From a virus, in the IMG/VR virus record IMGVR_UViG_3300037461_001096, positions 32,001-96,000 of that record: a DNA stretch of 64,000 nt. The stretch is one strand, 5' to 3'. The position numbers and the translations under genes are program-made. Below the pieces are notes generated by a model. The model searched no databases, was not told the DNA's origin, and saw nothing but the letters and a program-made list of their open reading frames with translations. This document shows, in pieces, positions 19,039-27,859 of the stretch (position 1 is its first letter; each line of letters starts with the position of its first letter).

Positions 19039-20742
19039 ATGATATACACCAAAAAATGTGTCAAATGTGGTGAGATAAAGGATGAGAATGACTTTACTAA
19101 GAGATCAGAATTTTCGTTCCGAAATGAATGTAAATCGTGTATATGCAAATTAAGAAAGAAACACTATGAAATAAGAAAGTCCCTAGAAAAATGCGAAGTC
19201 ACACATAAGACGTGTATTCATTGTAAAGAGACTAAAAATAGGGACGAATTCAGAAAACATCCATCAAATAAGGACGGTATGGACGCTGTATGTAAAGAAT
19301 GTATGTCAGAATACTATAAATCAGACGTTATGAAGGCGTATTTACTACGCAAAAAGTTAAGCGGACGACAAAAAGAAATCGTAAACAGATATCGTATATC
19401 CCATGCCGAACAAATAAAAGAACGAAAGAGAGATACGAGAACATCGTTTGCTCATTCAATACAAATTGCAGAGTCCAGGATGAGGTCCGAACTTAGGACT
19501 AAAGTTCACCAGATAATTGGCGGAAAGTGTGTGATATGTGGTGAGGAAAGAACAGAAAGACTGTGTATAGATCATATAAACGACGATGGGTCAAAAGAAA
19601 GGCTTAGTCAGGCAGGAAGTTTCAGAACAATAGCTTTGAAAATTGTGAATGGCGAAAAATGGGATGAAAAATATCAATTATTATGTTTCAATTGTAATAA
19701 ACAGAAACAATTAAATAGACTTAGGTCGATCGACAAAAACAACAAGCCAGAAATAAAAGAAACAAAAACTTGTACTCAATGTAGCCGAGTTTTGCCGATC
19801 GGTATGTTTGCTGAGTCAAAAGGCAAACTAAGAGGTAAATCTTATTGTAAAGATTGTGGATGCGTTTATAACCAAAAACGAAAGAAATTCTGTATAGATA
19901 AACTGGGAGGAAAGTGCACAATCTGTGGTGAAACTAGAATTGATATATTAGAATTAGATCATATTAATAATGATGGGGCCGAAAAACGAAAACTTGGACA
20001 AGACAGCCAGATCATTTTAAAGATTTATTCTGGAAAACGGGATGTTGGTGGTCTTCAAATTTTATGTGCAAATTGTAATGCGGCAAGGTATTATTGGTCG
20101 ATAAAAGAAAAAGTTGGTGTAGTCCCCACAAAACGACAGCCAAAACCAAAAGAAGTCATAGACTTTTCGATCAAAAATCTTGTAATTAGTCAAATACCAC
20201 AAAAAACAGCAAGAGACTTTCTGAATGAGCACCATTATGCTGGGTGTGGGAGAAGTGGAAAGGTTTATTATGGCGCGTTTCTTGATAGTCAAACCGTGGC
20301 AGTGGCTAAATTTGCGCCAGTTGTACGAAAAGAGGTAGCTACTTCCATGGGTCTTAGTCATCAGTCAGTAATCGAACTAGACAGGTTCTGTATAAACCCT
20401 GTCTTTCAAAAGAAAAACGCAGCGTCTTTTATTCTGTCAAAAGTAGTCAAAATGCTTCCAAAGATTTTTTCGGAAGTTACACACATAGTTTCATTCGCCG
20501 ATACAGCACAGGGACACAGAGGCACGATTTATGCGGCTTGTGGATGGAAAAAGATCGGAGTGACGTCAAAGAGTTATCATTATATTGGAAAATCAGGGAA
20601 TGTGATTAATAAGAAAACACTTTATGGACGGGCAATTCGTCAGGGTATGACAGAACGAGAATATGCAGCATTTTATGAATATGAGAAAATAGAGACACCT
20701 GAAAAAATTAAATTTGCGTTACAGGTAAACAATTTACAATAA
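19039..20742 (+). CDS. Tandem-HNH endonuclease fused to a Mom-family GNAT domain (copy F)
   Basis: CxxC fingers; two GGKCxICGE...DHINxDG...LCxNCN units; HHYAG...IELDRFC...VSFADTAQGHRGTIYAACGW. Confidence 0.8.
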   Translation: MIYTKKCVKCGEIKDENDFTKRSEFSFRNECKSCICKLRKKHYEIRKSLEKCEVTHKTCIHCKETKNRDEFRKHPSNKDGMDAVCKECMSEYYKSDVMKAYLLRKKLSGRQKEIVNRYRISHAEQIKERKRDTRTSFAHSIQIAESRMRSELRTKVHQIIGGKCVICGEERTERLCIDHINDDGSKERLSQAGSFRTIALKIVNGEKWDEKYQLLCFNCNKQKQLNRLRSIDKNNKPEIKETKTCTQCSRVLPIGMFAESKGKLRGKSYCKDCGCVYNQKRKKFCIDKLGGKCTICGETRIDILELDHINNDGAEKRKLGQDSQIILKIYSGKRDVGGLQILCANCNAARYYWSIKEKVGVVPTKRQPKPKEVIDFSIKNLVISQIPQKTARDFLNEHHYAGCGRSGKVYYGAFLDSQTVAVAKFAPVVRKEVATSMGLSHQSVIELDRFCINPVFQKKNAASFILSKVVKMLPKIFSEVTHIVSFADTAQGHRGTIYAACGWKKIGVTSKSYHYIGKSGNVINKKTLYGRAIRQGMTEREYAAFYEYEKIETPEKIKFALQVNNLQ

Positions 20743-20752
20743 TTAAAATTTT

Positions 20753-21595
20753 TTATTTACGAGACTGTTTCCTCTGACGTTCAGCCTTAGCACGAAACTC
20801 GTAATTCTTTAGTTGTTCAACAATCTTTGGGACAACTTTCTCAAGCTTTTCGGGGCTTTTACCTTTCAAAGCAAACACGAGTTCTTCACTCAGTTTAAGC
20901 AGAGCGTTATCATCAAGCCACTCCATGCCAGGGACGGTAGCCTCATGCTCAAGAGCCGTGATCATTCTGTTGATATCCTTAACAACAAGGGAGACGGAAG
21001 GTCTTTTCGAACTGTCAATAACACCGGCAATAGTTCGAAGCTCAGCAGCAACGTCAGTTGGCTTCATTTGTTTGCTTACCTTTCCAATAATCGCAGCAAG
21101 TCTTGGGTTCGAAATTGCTACCCTATTCAACTCAGCGTCAAGGCAAGCCTTTGACGCTGCAATCGGGTTTTGTCTTTTTGTTTTCTCTTCATCTTTAGAT
21201 TTAATAGCGTCAGATACGTCATCGCGTTTGTGCAGAAGCTCGTCGAGCTCTGAAAGCTGTTCGACCTCTTCGTCTACTTGCGTAGGAACACATTCACTAT
21301 CCTTAGTTGTGTTAATGGCTTGGGTCAGCTCATCGAAGCGCTCATAAATATCTGCCCCAGCGAATTTTTCGGCGTAAGAAAGATACTGATTAAACAGGTC
21401 AATAGGTTCGGAACTCTTACGCTTTTTACTTTTCATATGCTTGAACATTTCAACACGGGCTAGTGCTTTCTCCGCTTCCGCTTTTGTGTTATAACATCCA
21501 CCAGACCAGTTTGGGTTTTTCTTTGATTTGACGCAGTATTTCCCATTCTTCTTTTGGATGTATGAACTTCGGTACATACCGTTATGTTGACACAA
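20753..21595 (-). CDS. Hypothetical probable head protein
   Basis: N-terminal YIQKKNGKYCVKS...GCYNTKAEAEKALARVEMFKH module; internal SKRPSVSLV module shared with 14138-14461. Confidence 0.6.
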   Translation of the reverse strand: MCQHNGMYRSSYIQKKNGKYCVKSKKNPNWSGGCYNTKAEAEKALARVEMFKHMKSKKRKSSEPIDLFNQYLSYAEKFAGADIYERFDELTQAINTTKDSECVPTQVDEEVEQLSELDELLHKRDDVSDAIKSKDEEKTKRQNPIAASKACLDAELNRVAISNPRLAAIIGKVSKQMKPTDVAAELRTIAGVIDSSKRPSVSLVVKDINRMITALEHEATVPGMEWLDDNALLKLSEELVFALKGKSPEKLEKVVPKIVEQLKNYEFRAKAERQRKQSRK

Positions 21596-21606
21596 TAAGC
21601 TGAATA

Positions 21607-21894
21607 TTAGAACTCCGGCGTCTCTTCAAGTGTAGGAGAATCAGATAACTCCTGGGCTTGAAGATCTAGGTCAGCAATCGGGCCAGATGCAAGTTGGCGA
21701 ATTAAGTCAGCCTGGTCAAGGACCACGTCCATATATTCTGGGGGGACATTTCCGTCACCTATGGCAGTCTCACCCCAAGCAATAACCGCATCTGCGAAAG
21801 CTTCAAGTGCAGGTTGAACAAGTTCATAGTCATAAATGTTTACAAGGCCGGGTCGGCCAGTTGCAATACGGGACGCAATTTTCTCGAACTTCAT
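21607..21894 (-). CDS. Small acidic protein, probable head protein
   Basis: Starts MKFEKIASRIAT. Confidence 0.6.
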   Translation of the reverse strand: MKFEKIASRIATGRPGLVNIYDYELVQPALEAFADAVIAWGETAIGDGNVPPEYMDVVLDQADLIRQLASGPIADLDLQAQELSDSPTLEETPEF

Positions 21895-22089
21895 GGAAAA
21901 ACCACCATTTCGTTAGGAACCTTCTTAACACTCCAAAAAGAAATTTAGTTTGTTGTAGTATTTCTTTGACCAAATTTTCGAATGTGAATCAGGAAAGGTC
22001 AAAGAAGAGTCGCAATAATGTGTTATTGCGCGTAGTTCAGCGTCTTCTAATTCAAAAGAGTAATATATTACCAGACGGTGGTCATACTA

Positions 22090-22767
22090 TCATAGACCAA
22101 CAGACACAACCCCAACGCGCGGGTTTTTCGGATCAACGACTTGAAATGAATCAGCGAAGCTGGTCAGTGGGCCTCCGGGAAATTCGGACCACTTCCATCG
22201 AACAAAGTATAACCCACCTTGAACACTAACCGTCCAGTCTACCCCATATAACCCAGTTGAAAGTCGAACAGCTGAGGTTTCTGGCCAAACGGTAAACCCC
22301 TTGGAGCATTCAATACTCCAAACTACATTGGAAACATCTTTTTGACACCCAATACTGTCAACAACTCTCAAAACAATTTCATTCCCCGAGATTCTTGCAC
22401 CAGGTTCAAAGACATAACCTCCAGGCGGAGGAAGCCCGTGAATATGACCAGATTTACACGTCGGATCATCCAGATCCATTATGAAAAAGCGTTCAGTCTT
22501 TTTCTCAATCGGGAAGTCAACATCACGTTGGTATTCCCAAGTGATTTCATAAGCGCCAGTTGGATCGTCAGCATACCATGGAGCGTAGTATTGACCGACC
22601 CCTTTACGTACGGCTTTCATGCGAAGGCCTGATATTTGTTTTCCATTAAATCCTGACGACACTGTCCAAACCACGTATTGGGCGTCCTGGGGCTGCCCAA
22701 GCTCATTCTCCAGAGACAGGGATAGTCCTCCCATTGACAATGTTGAACAGCGCAGATATGCAGTCAT
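22090..22767 (-). CDS. Virion protein with two Ig-like domains
   Basis: Duplicated GxYY/GLY...GxYxxxW pattern, similar to the N-terminus of 18095-19000. Confidence 0.55.
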   Translation of the reverse strand: MTAYLRCSTLSMGGLSLSLENELGQPQDAQYVVWTVSSGFNGKQISGLRMKAVRKGVGQYYAPWYADDPTGAYEITWEYQRDVDFPIEKKTERFFIMDLDDPTCKSGHIHGLPPPGGYVFEPGARISGNEIVLRVVDSIGCQKDVSNVVWSIECSKGFTVWPETSAVRLSTGLYGVDWTVSVQGGLYFVRWKWSEFPGGPLTSFADSFQVVDPKNPRVGVVSVGL

Positions 22768-23132
22768 GGGACAGTTCTCGCCACAAGTCCGGACATTTGT
22801 GAATCTGCAGGTACAGAGTCGAATTCTAAAATCTGTTCAGTGCCAAGAGTTGGATGTTTGAAAACTAAGCGCCAAAATCCAACTCTGTCAACGAAAAATC
22901 GGACCAAATAATATCCTGAAGCACCAACAACTTCGTTGAAAAATATGGCACCAGCGCCTATAGTCTGATCACTGATTCCAACTCCATCAGATATGGGCCA
23001 AGGCAGCATATAACTGTCAACAAATGTCGACAGTTGTAAATCTGACCAAATAACCCCTGTCTTTCTGGAGCTTGAATAAAAGAAATCGAGTTGAGCGAAA
23101 GCGAGCCGTCCGGCTATGACTATTCTTGCCAT
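22764..23132 (-). CDS. Ig-like virion protein
   Basis: GYYLVRFF...GFWRLVF beta pattern; coupled to the downstream gene. Confidence 0.5.
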   Translation of the reverse strand: MARIVIAGRLAFAQLDFFYSSSRKTGVIWSDLQLSTFVDSYMLPWPISDGVGISDQTIGAGAIFFNEVVGASGYYLVRFFVDRVGFWRLVFKHPTLGTEQILEFDSVPADSQMSGLVARTVP

Positions 23133-23154
23133 ATCGGAAAGCTACATCGGAAGG

Positions 23155-23412
23155 CTACAAATTCTTCTCTCTCCCATCAAGACATAAATTCTTCATGGCT
23201 ATAATTTGCTGTGAATACTGATGAGCAGGGACTTTTGCTTGCCCAGAGAAAAATGCTTCTCTAAGCTCCTGTACAGATCCAACTGAACTGGTGAACACAA
23301 AATAAACCCTAGTGCCCAATTTTCTTTTCCGGACCATTTTGCATCCAGAAACTATGAAATAAGCAGCTAAGTAAATGTTATGCGTTTCGAATTCTTTATC
23401 TTCGGTATCCAT
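23155..23412 (-). CDS. DUF5659-like small phage protein
   Basis: FETHNIYLAAYF...RVYFVF pattern. Confidence 0.6.
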   Translation of the reverse strand: MDTEDKEFETHNIYLAAYFIVSGCKMVRKRKLGTRVYFVFTSSVGSVQELREAFFSGQAKVPAHQYSQQIIAMKNLCLDGREKNL

Positions 23413-23484
23413 GTAATATCCAGATAAACACTACCAGGGTTTCAATTGTATTAACAATACCAGAAGGTTATAATTAATTAAATT

Positions 23485-25260
23485 ATGTTAACAATATCAG
23501 AAAATGAAATTCCGAGGTCACAATGGTCTACATCTCTAGTTAAATTTGATTGTTCATGCGGTCGAAAAGGGGTACTGAAACCATGGGCAAAGGTTATCAG
23601 TGGACACATAAAATCCTGTGGACAGTGCAATATACTGTTGAAACATCATTGGGAAATAACCAAATATGGCCGTTTAAGAATGACGCAGCCGTTCGATTGC
23701 AAGAGGGGGTCAAATACTCCAGTCGAATGGACATGTGACTGTGGCCGTGTCACCCTACTGCCAGTCAATAGAGTGACCAGTGGTAATACTGCATCATGCG
23801 GGAAATGCAACGAAATAGACACAGGGACTATGAGTCATTTTAAGTTTGGAAAACTTAAAATGAAATTTCCGGCTCCAGTGTCGCGCGCTTCAGGTAAACG
23901 TGTGTTGTGGGTGTGCGACTGTGGTAACGAAGTATTGGTGTCAATAATTGATGTTTTACGTGGTCACACCGCATCATGCGGGAAATGTGGTATACTGCCC
24001 CAAGAATTTTGGGAAAAAACCAAATTCGGCCGACTTCGTCTTTTACATCCGCAAAGTATGACAATTAGATCAAACCGAAAGATGGAATGGCATTGCGACT
24101 GTGGTGAAGTTTTAACGGCCGTGGTTGAAAATGTAACCACGGGGCGCACCACATGCTGTGGGAAATGCAGAAACAATGTCGACGAATGGTTTATTCAAAA
24201 TCGATCTAAAATTCGAATGATGAAACCACCAATTCAACCAAGTGACTTACCATCAGGATCTTTTACCATTCTTGATACTGTAACACGGACTGCTGACCCA
24301 ATCCGTGCCATATGCGGCGTATGTGGCGCAGAGTATTTTCCACGTTGGGACCATGTGAGATCTGGGGTGGCGTTAACCTGTGGTTGTAGCACAAATCGTG
24401 TTTCAAAAGGACAACAGGAATTGGCAGATTTTATACACAGTCTTGGCGTCAATGTGCTTGTTGAACATAAAATCGGAAAACTAGCATATGATATATTTGT
24501 ACCAGAAGCAAACATAGCAGTTGAATTTCAGGGAATAAAATGGCATTCTGTTCCGGGATCAAAACAACGTGATATGGCAAAGTATAGAAACGCCGAAAAT
24601 CACGGAGTGAGCGTAATCGCTATATTTGAAGATGAATGGCAGCTACGTCGAAAACAAATTAGTCAATTGGTTAGTAATAGACTTAGGAAGAATTTCCCAA
24701 CGCACACGCTTCGAGCGTCATCTGTGCTAATAAGACATGTGCCAAGTACTGATGCAAATAAATTTTATGAAGCATTCCACTATATTGGAAAATGTCGTGC
24801 AACAGTCAGTTACGGGGCTTTCGTCAATGATATAATGGTAGCTTGTTGTTCATTTTCTAGACCAACCAGGCAGTCATCCCATCCGTGGGAATTAGTCCGA
24901 ATGTCATCAAACTCTGATTATAGGGTACATGGTATATGGTCTAAGATCTTGCATCATTTTATTAATGATTTCCATCCGACGTCAATTGTATCATTTTCAG
25001 ATAATCGAGTATTTGTTGGCCGTGTTTATGACAAACTCGGGTTCAAACATGACGGAAACGTTCCACAAAGTTATTACTGGGCAAAGGGTGGCAAAAGATT
25101 CAACAAATCTGGCTTACGTAAACATGGCCTGGAACGTAATAGTCAAGTAACAGAAACACAATTACGTGAGTTTCAAGGATTCAACAAAATATGGGACCTT
25201 GGTAAAAAGCGTTGGGTGTGGCGAAGTCAACTACAGGAGATAACAACTAAAACAACGTAA
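23485..25260 (+). CDS. Hef-like Zn-ribbon array + Vsr/DUF559-like nuclease + Mom-like GNAT (copy B)
   Basis: 4+1 repeats; YDIFVPEANIAVEFQGIKWH...IFEDEW; FHYIG...WELVRMSS...SFSDNRVFVGRVYDKLGF...IWDLGKKRW. Confidence 0.75.
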   Translation: MLTISENEIPRSQWSTSLVKFDCSCGRKGVLKPWAKVISGHIKSCGQCNILLKHHWEITKYGRLRMTQPFDCKRGSNTPVEWTCDCGRVTLLPVNRVTSGNTASCGKCNEIDTGTMSHFKFGKLKMKFPAPVSRASGKRVLWVCDCGNEVLVSIIDVLRGHTASCGKCGILPQEFWEKTKFGRLRLLHPQSMTIRSNRKMEWHCDCGEVLTAVVENVTTGRTTCCGKCRNNVDEWFIQNRSKIRMMKPPIQPSDLPSGSFTILDTVTRTADPIRAICGVCGAEYFPRWDHVRSGVALTCGCSTNRVSKGQQELADFIHSLGVNVLVEHKIGKLAYDIFVPEANIAVEFQGIKWHSVPGSKQRDMAKYRNAENHGVSVIAIFEDEWQLRRKQISQLVSNRLRKNFPTHTLRASSVLIRHVPSTDANKFYEAFHYIGKCRATVSYGAFVNDIMVACCSFSRPTRQSSHPWELVRMSSNSDYRVHGIWSKILHHFINDFHPTSIVSFSDNRVFVGRVYDKLGFKHDGNVPQSYYWAKGGKRFNKSGLRKHGLERNSQVTETQLREFQGFNKIWDLGKKRWVWRSQLQEITTKTT

Positions 25261-25442
25261 CCTGCCTTTGTTATCCTAAAAATTACTTCAACGCTTTCCC
25301 CGGATCTCGGAAATTTATATTCACGGAATGATATAAATTTCATTAACGAGAAATCATACCTCTTCGATTCAACCTCAAGGTACCCCGAGTTAGTCAAAGT
25401 GCTAAAATAGGTAATTTTGCCAACTTTAGTTATATAATGCAT
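25227..25442 (-). CDS. Small cold-shock/OB-fold-like protein
   Basis: GKITYFSTLTNSGYLEV...YDF...GESVEVIF resembles the CSD pattern; 3' end overlaps copy B. Confidence 0.4.
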   Translation of the reverse strand: MHYITKVGKITYFSTLTNSGYLEVESKRYDFSLMKFISFREYKFPRSGESVEVIFRITKAGYVVLVVISCS

Positions 25443-25478
25443 TCTATATACACAAATCAATAAAAATGAACACAGTGT

Positions 25479-26090
25479 TTATGTTTGTCGGACGAGGATA
25501 GCAGACTCGAGCATAATGCCGAATAATGCAGATAATTGAACACTGAACGGCCATGAATTTTTTGACATCTTAATTTGCTCATGACGTAAATCGGAAACCA
25601 TTCGTTCATAAAATGGGCCGACACTTTTGTTTCCACGCATCCATTCACGAACCATATATTGTTGTAAAGACATAAAGTCGGCAGTCTTAACGACCGCCAT
25701 AATGTAATCATGCTCGTCATCTTCTTCATCTGCACATAGTTGTTGTAGTGCTGAAGGCAAGGACGCCATCATGTTAGCTTCTGCTTCAGAAATAGCAGAA
25801 CGAAGCTTTTCTGATGAATATTTAAAAGTTCGTACAAAGTCCCCAGTCCAACCTTCTATGAGGTCATGTGTAGCTGCCATAGTCATAATCCTTCCAAGCA
25901 AATGTTTATCAGATGGTCGAATAGTTGAATGAATCAGTGCCGCGTATAATCCAACCCAGTATTGATGGGTACTAACAAGTTCGTGAACAACTACTGGAAT
26001 GCTGCTAAACCGAACAACATCGTCTAATCGACGAACGTCTCCTGTAGCTGCTTCGAACATAGCTTTAAGATTTTCTAAAATATTTTCCAT
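25479..26090 (-). CDS. HD-domain phosphohydrolase, YfbR/DatZ-like
   Basis: RFS...ELVSTHQY...THDLIEGWTGD...VKTAD. Confidence 0.8.
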   Translation of the reverse strand: MENILENLKAMFEAATGDVRRLDDVVRFSSIPVVVHELVSTHQYWVGLYAALIHSTIRPSDKHLLGRIMTMAATHDLIEGWTGDFVRTFKYSSEKLRSAISEAEANMMASLPSALQQLCADEEDDEHDYIMAVVKTADFMSLQQYMVREWMRGNKSVGPFYERMVSDLRHEQIKMSKNSWPFSVQLSALFGIMLESAILVRQT

Positions 26091-26299
26091 GTAAAAATCT
26101 CCTCAGAAATACGTTGGAAATTTAAAATACAGTCACCACAGCATTTCTGGATTTGGAAATGATAAAGTTAAATAACTACTCGGGACAAATAAACCTCTCG
26201 TTAAGAATGAAGCAAATTGAACACCTACAAAAGCCTTTAAGAAATGAACGTCTAGGGGGTGTAAATTTCTAGTATGAGAATCATACAGGGGGTGAATTC

Positions 26300-27064
26300 A
26301 TGAATGACATACCCGAGTCTAGAAACGGCGAAGTGTCTTTGATTGAAGCTGCTAAAAATGGGGACTTGGAGACCATTAAACTTCTCACGGAGAATGGGGT
26401 AGACATCCATGCGAACAATGACTGGGCACTGTGGACGGCTGCCCACAACGGCCATCTGGATGTTACTCGTTTTCTAATAGAAAATGGAGCGGACATTCAC
26501 GCAGTAGAAGACATTACTCTTCGGTCTGCTGCTCACAACGGCCATTTGGAAGTTGTTCGTTTTTTGGTGGAGAAGGGGGCGGACATTCATGCACGTGATA
26601 ACCATGCACTCCAGTTTGCCGCTCTAAGTGGGCATTTTAGAATAGTTCGTTTTCTAGTAGAAAACGGGGCAGATATTCACGCAGATAATGAATTGGCATT
26701 TCGATTTTCTGCTAGAAACGGACACTTGAAAATTGTTCAGTTTCTAGCAGAAAATGGAGCAGACATCCGTATAGACAATGACTGGGCACTACGGTTTGCT
26801 ACTTTTTATGGACGTTTGGGGGTTGTCCGTTTTTTGGTGGAAAACGGGGCAGACATTCACGCAGTAGATCGTTTGGCACTTAGACTGGCTGCTGAAAAAA
26901 GATATGTAGAAGTTACCCGTTTTCTTGTAGAAAACGGGGCAGATCCATCATACCTCTTAACCGACAATGGCGACTCGACTAGAATCATGGAAGAAGTTCT
27001 TACAGAAGCTCAAATAGAGCAGGCAAAGCAACTTTTCGAAATTAGGAGAATTATGACAGACTAA
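26300..27064 (+). CDS. Ankyrin-repeat protein (7 repeats of 30 aa), paralog of 12761-13315
   Basis: ENGADIHA repeats; tail ...QIEQAKQLFEIRRIMTD. Confidence 0.9.
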   Translation: MNDIPESRNGEVSLIEAAKNGDLETIKLLTENGVDIHANNDWALWTAAHNGHLDVTRFLIENGADIHAVEDITLRSAAHNGHLEVVRFLVEKGADIHARDNHALQFAALSGHFRIVRFLVENGADIHADNELAFRFSARNGHLKIVQFLAENGADIRIDNDWALRFATFYGRLGVVRFLVENGADIHAVDRLALRLAAEKRYVEVTRFLVENGADPSYLLTDNGDSTRIMEEVLTEAQIEQAKQLFEIRRIMTD

Positions 27065-27133
27065 ATAATTTCATATTAATAATATGTAAAATATAAAGAG
27101 TAGTGTTTAACACAAACGAGATCCTGGTGAAAA

Positions 27134-27844
27134 ATGATACATTCTGTTAAAAAAGGTCAAATCATAACTTTCAGGGGAAATATATATATGGTTACCGATG
27201 TCAGTGATGCATTTAACCTCCTATGGCTAACGCCTAAGCCACAGGGGGAGGGCATGTGTGATGGTGTATACTGCAAGTCGACGGTGATGAAAGAAGCAGA
27301 CATCTTTACCTCAAAGTATACAAAGTTAGAAATTGACGCGATACTTGATGAACTTCGCTTGCTCCTCGAAAATTCATCTAAGGAAAGGGCATTATCTGAT
27401 AACAACAGTGGCCGAAAAATCCAGGAAGCCTTGAGATTACGTGTCGAACAGCTCGAAAAAGAACGCGATCTCGCTCCAAGTGATATTTTTTCAGCTACTG
27501 TCGAATCGCATAAAATCTTATGTGATGTCAAGCAGATGGGAGAGAAGGAAGCCTATGGGCAAGACCCAGCCTTCTATTACGGATCAGCCATTAGTGGCGA
27601 GGCCGGTGAAATGGTCAACAAAATGATAAAAGCTCTCAGGAACGGAGGTGATGCTACGAACAGGTTATTTGAGGCTGTAGTTTCTGAATTACCAGATATA
27701 TGTATCTACTCATTTGTACTAGCCTATGTACTTGACATTGACCTTACACATTTAGTATCAGAGAAGGCAAAAATAGTTATCCAAAGAGCAAAAAATGGGT
27801 ATTACGGCGGGCCCCTGGTCAGAACAACGCCAGATTGCACTTAG
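27134..27844 (+). CDS. Protein with a C-terminal MazG-like NTP pyrophosphohydrolase domain
   Basis: SGEAGEMVNKMIK...SELPDICIY (ExxE...ExxD). Confidence 0.7.
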   Translation: MIHSVKKGQIITFRGNIYMVTDVSDAFNLLWLTPKPQGEGMCDGVYCKSTVMKEADIFTSKYTKLEIDAILDELRLLLENSSKERALSDNNSGRKIQEALRLRVEQLEKERDLAPSDIFSATVESHKILCDVKQMGEKEAYGQDPAFYYGSAISGEAGEMVNKMIKALRNGGDATNRLFEAVVSELPDICIYSFVLAYVLDIDLTHLVSEKAKIVIQRAKNGYYGGPLVRTTPDCT

Positions 27845-27859
27845 CAATTTGAAGCAAGC

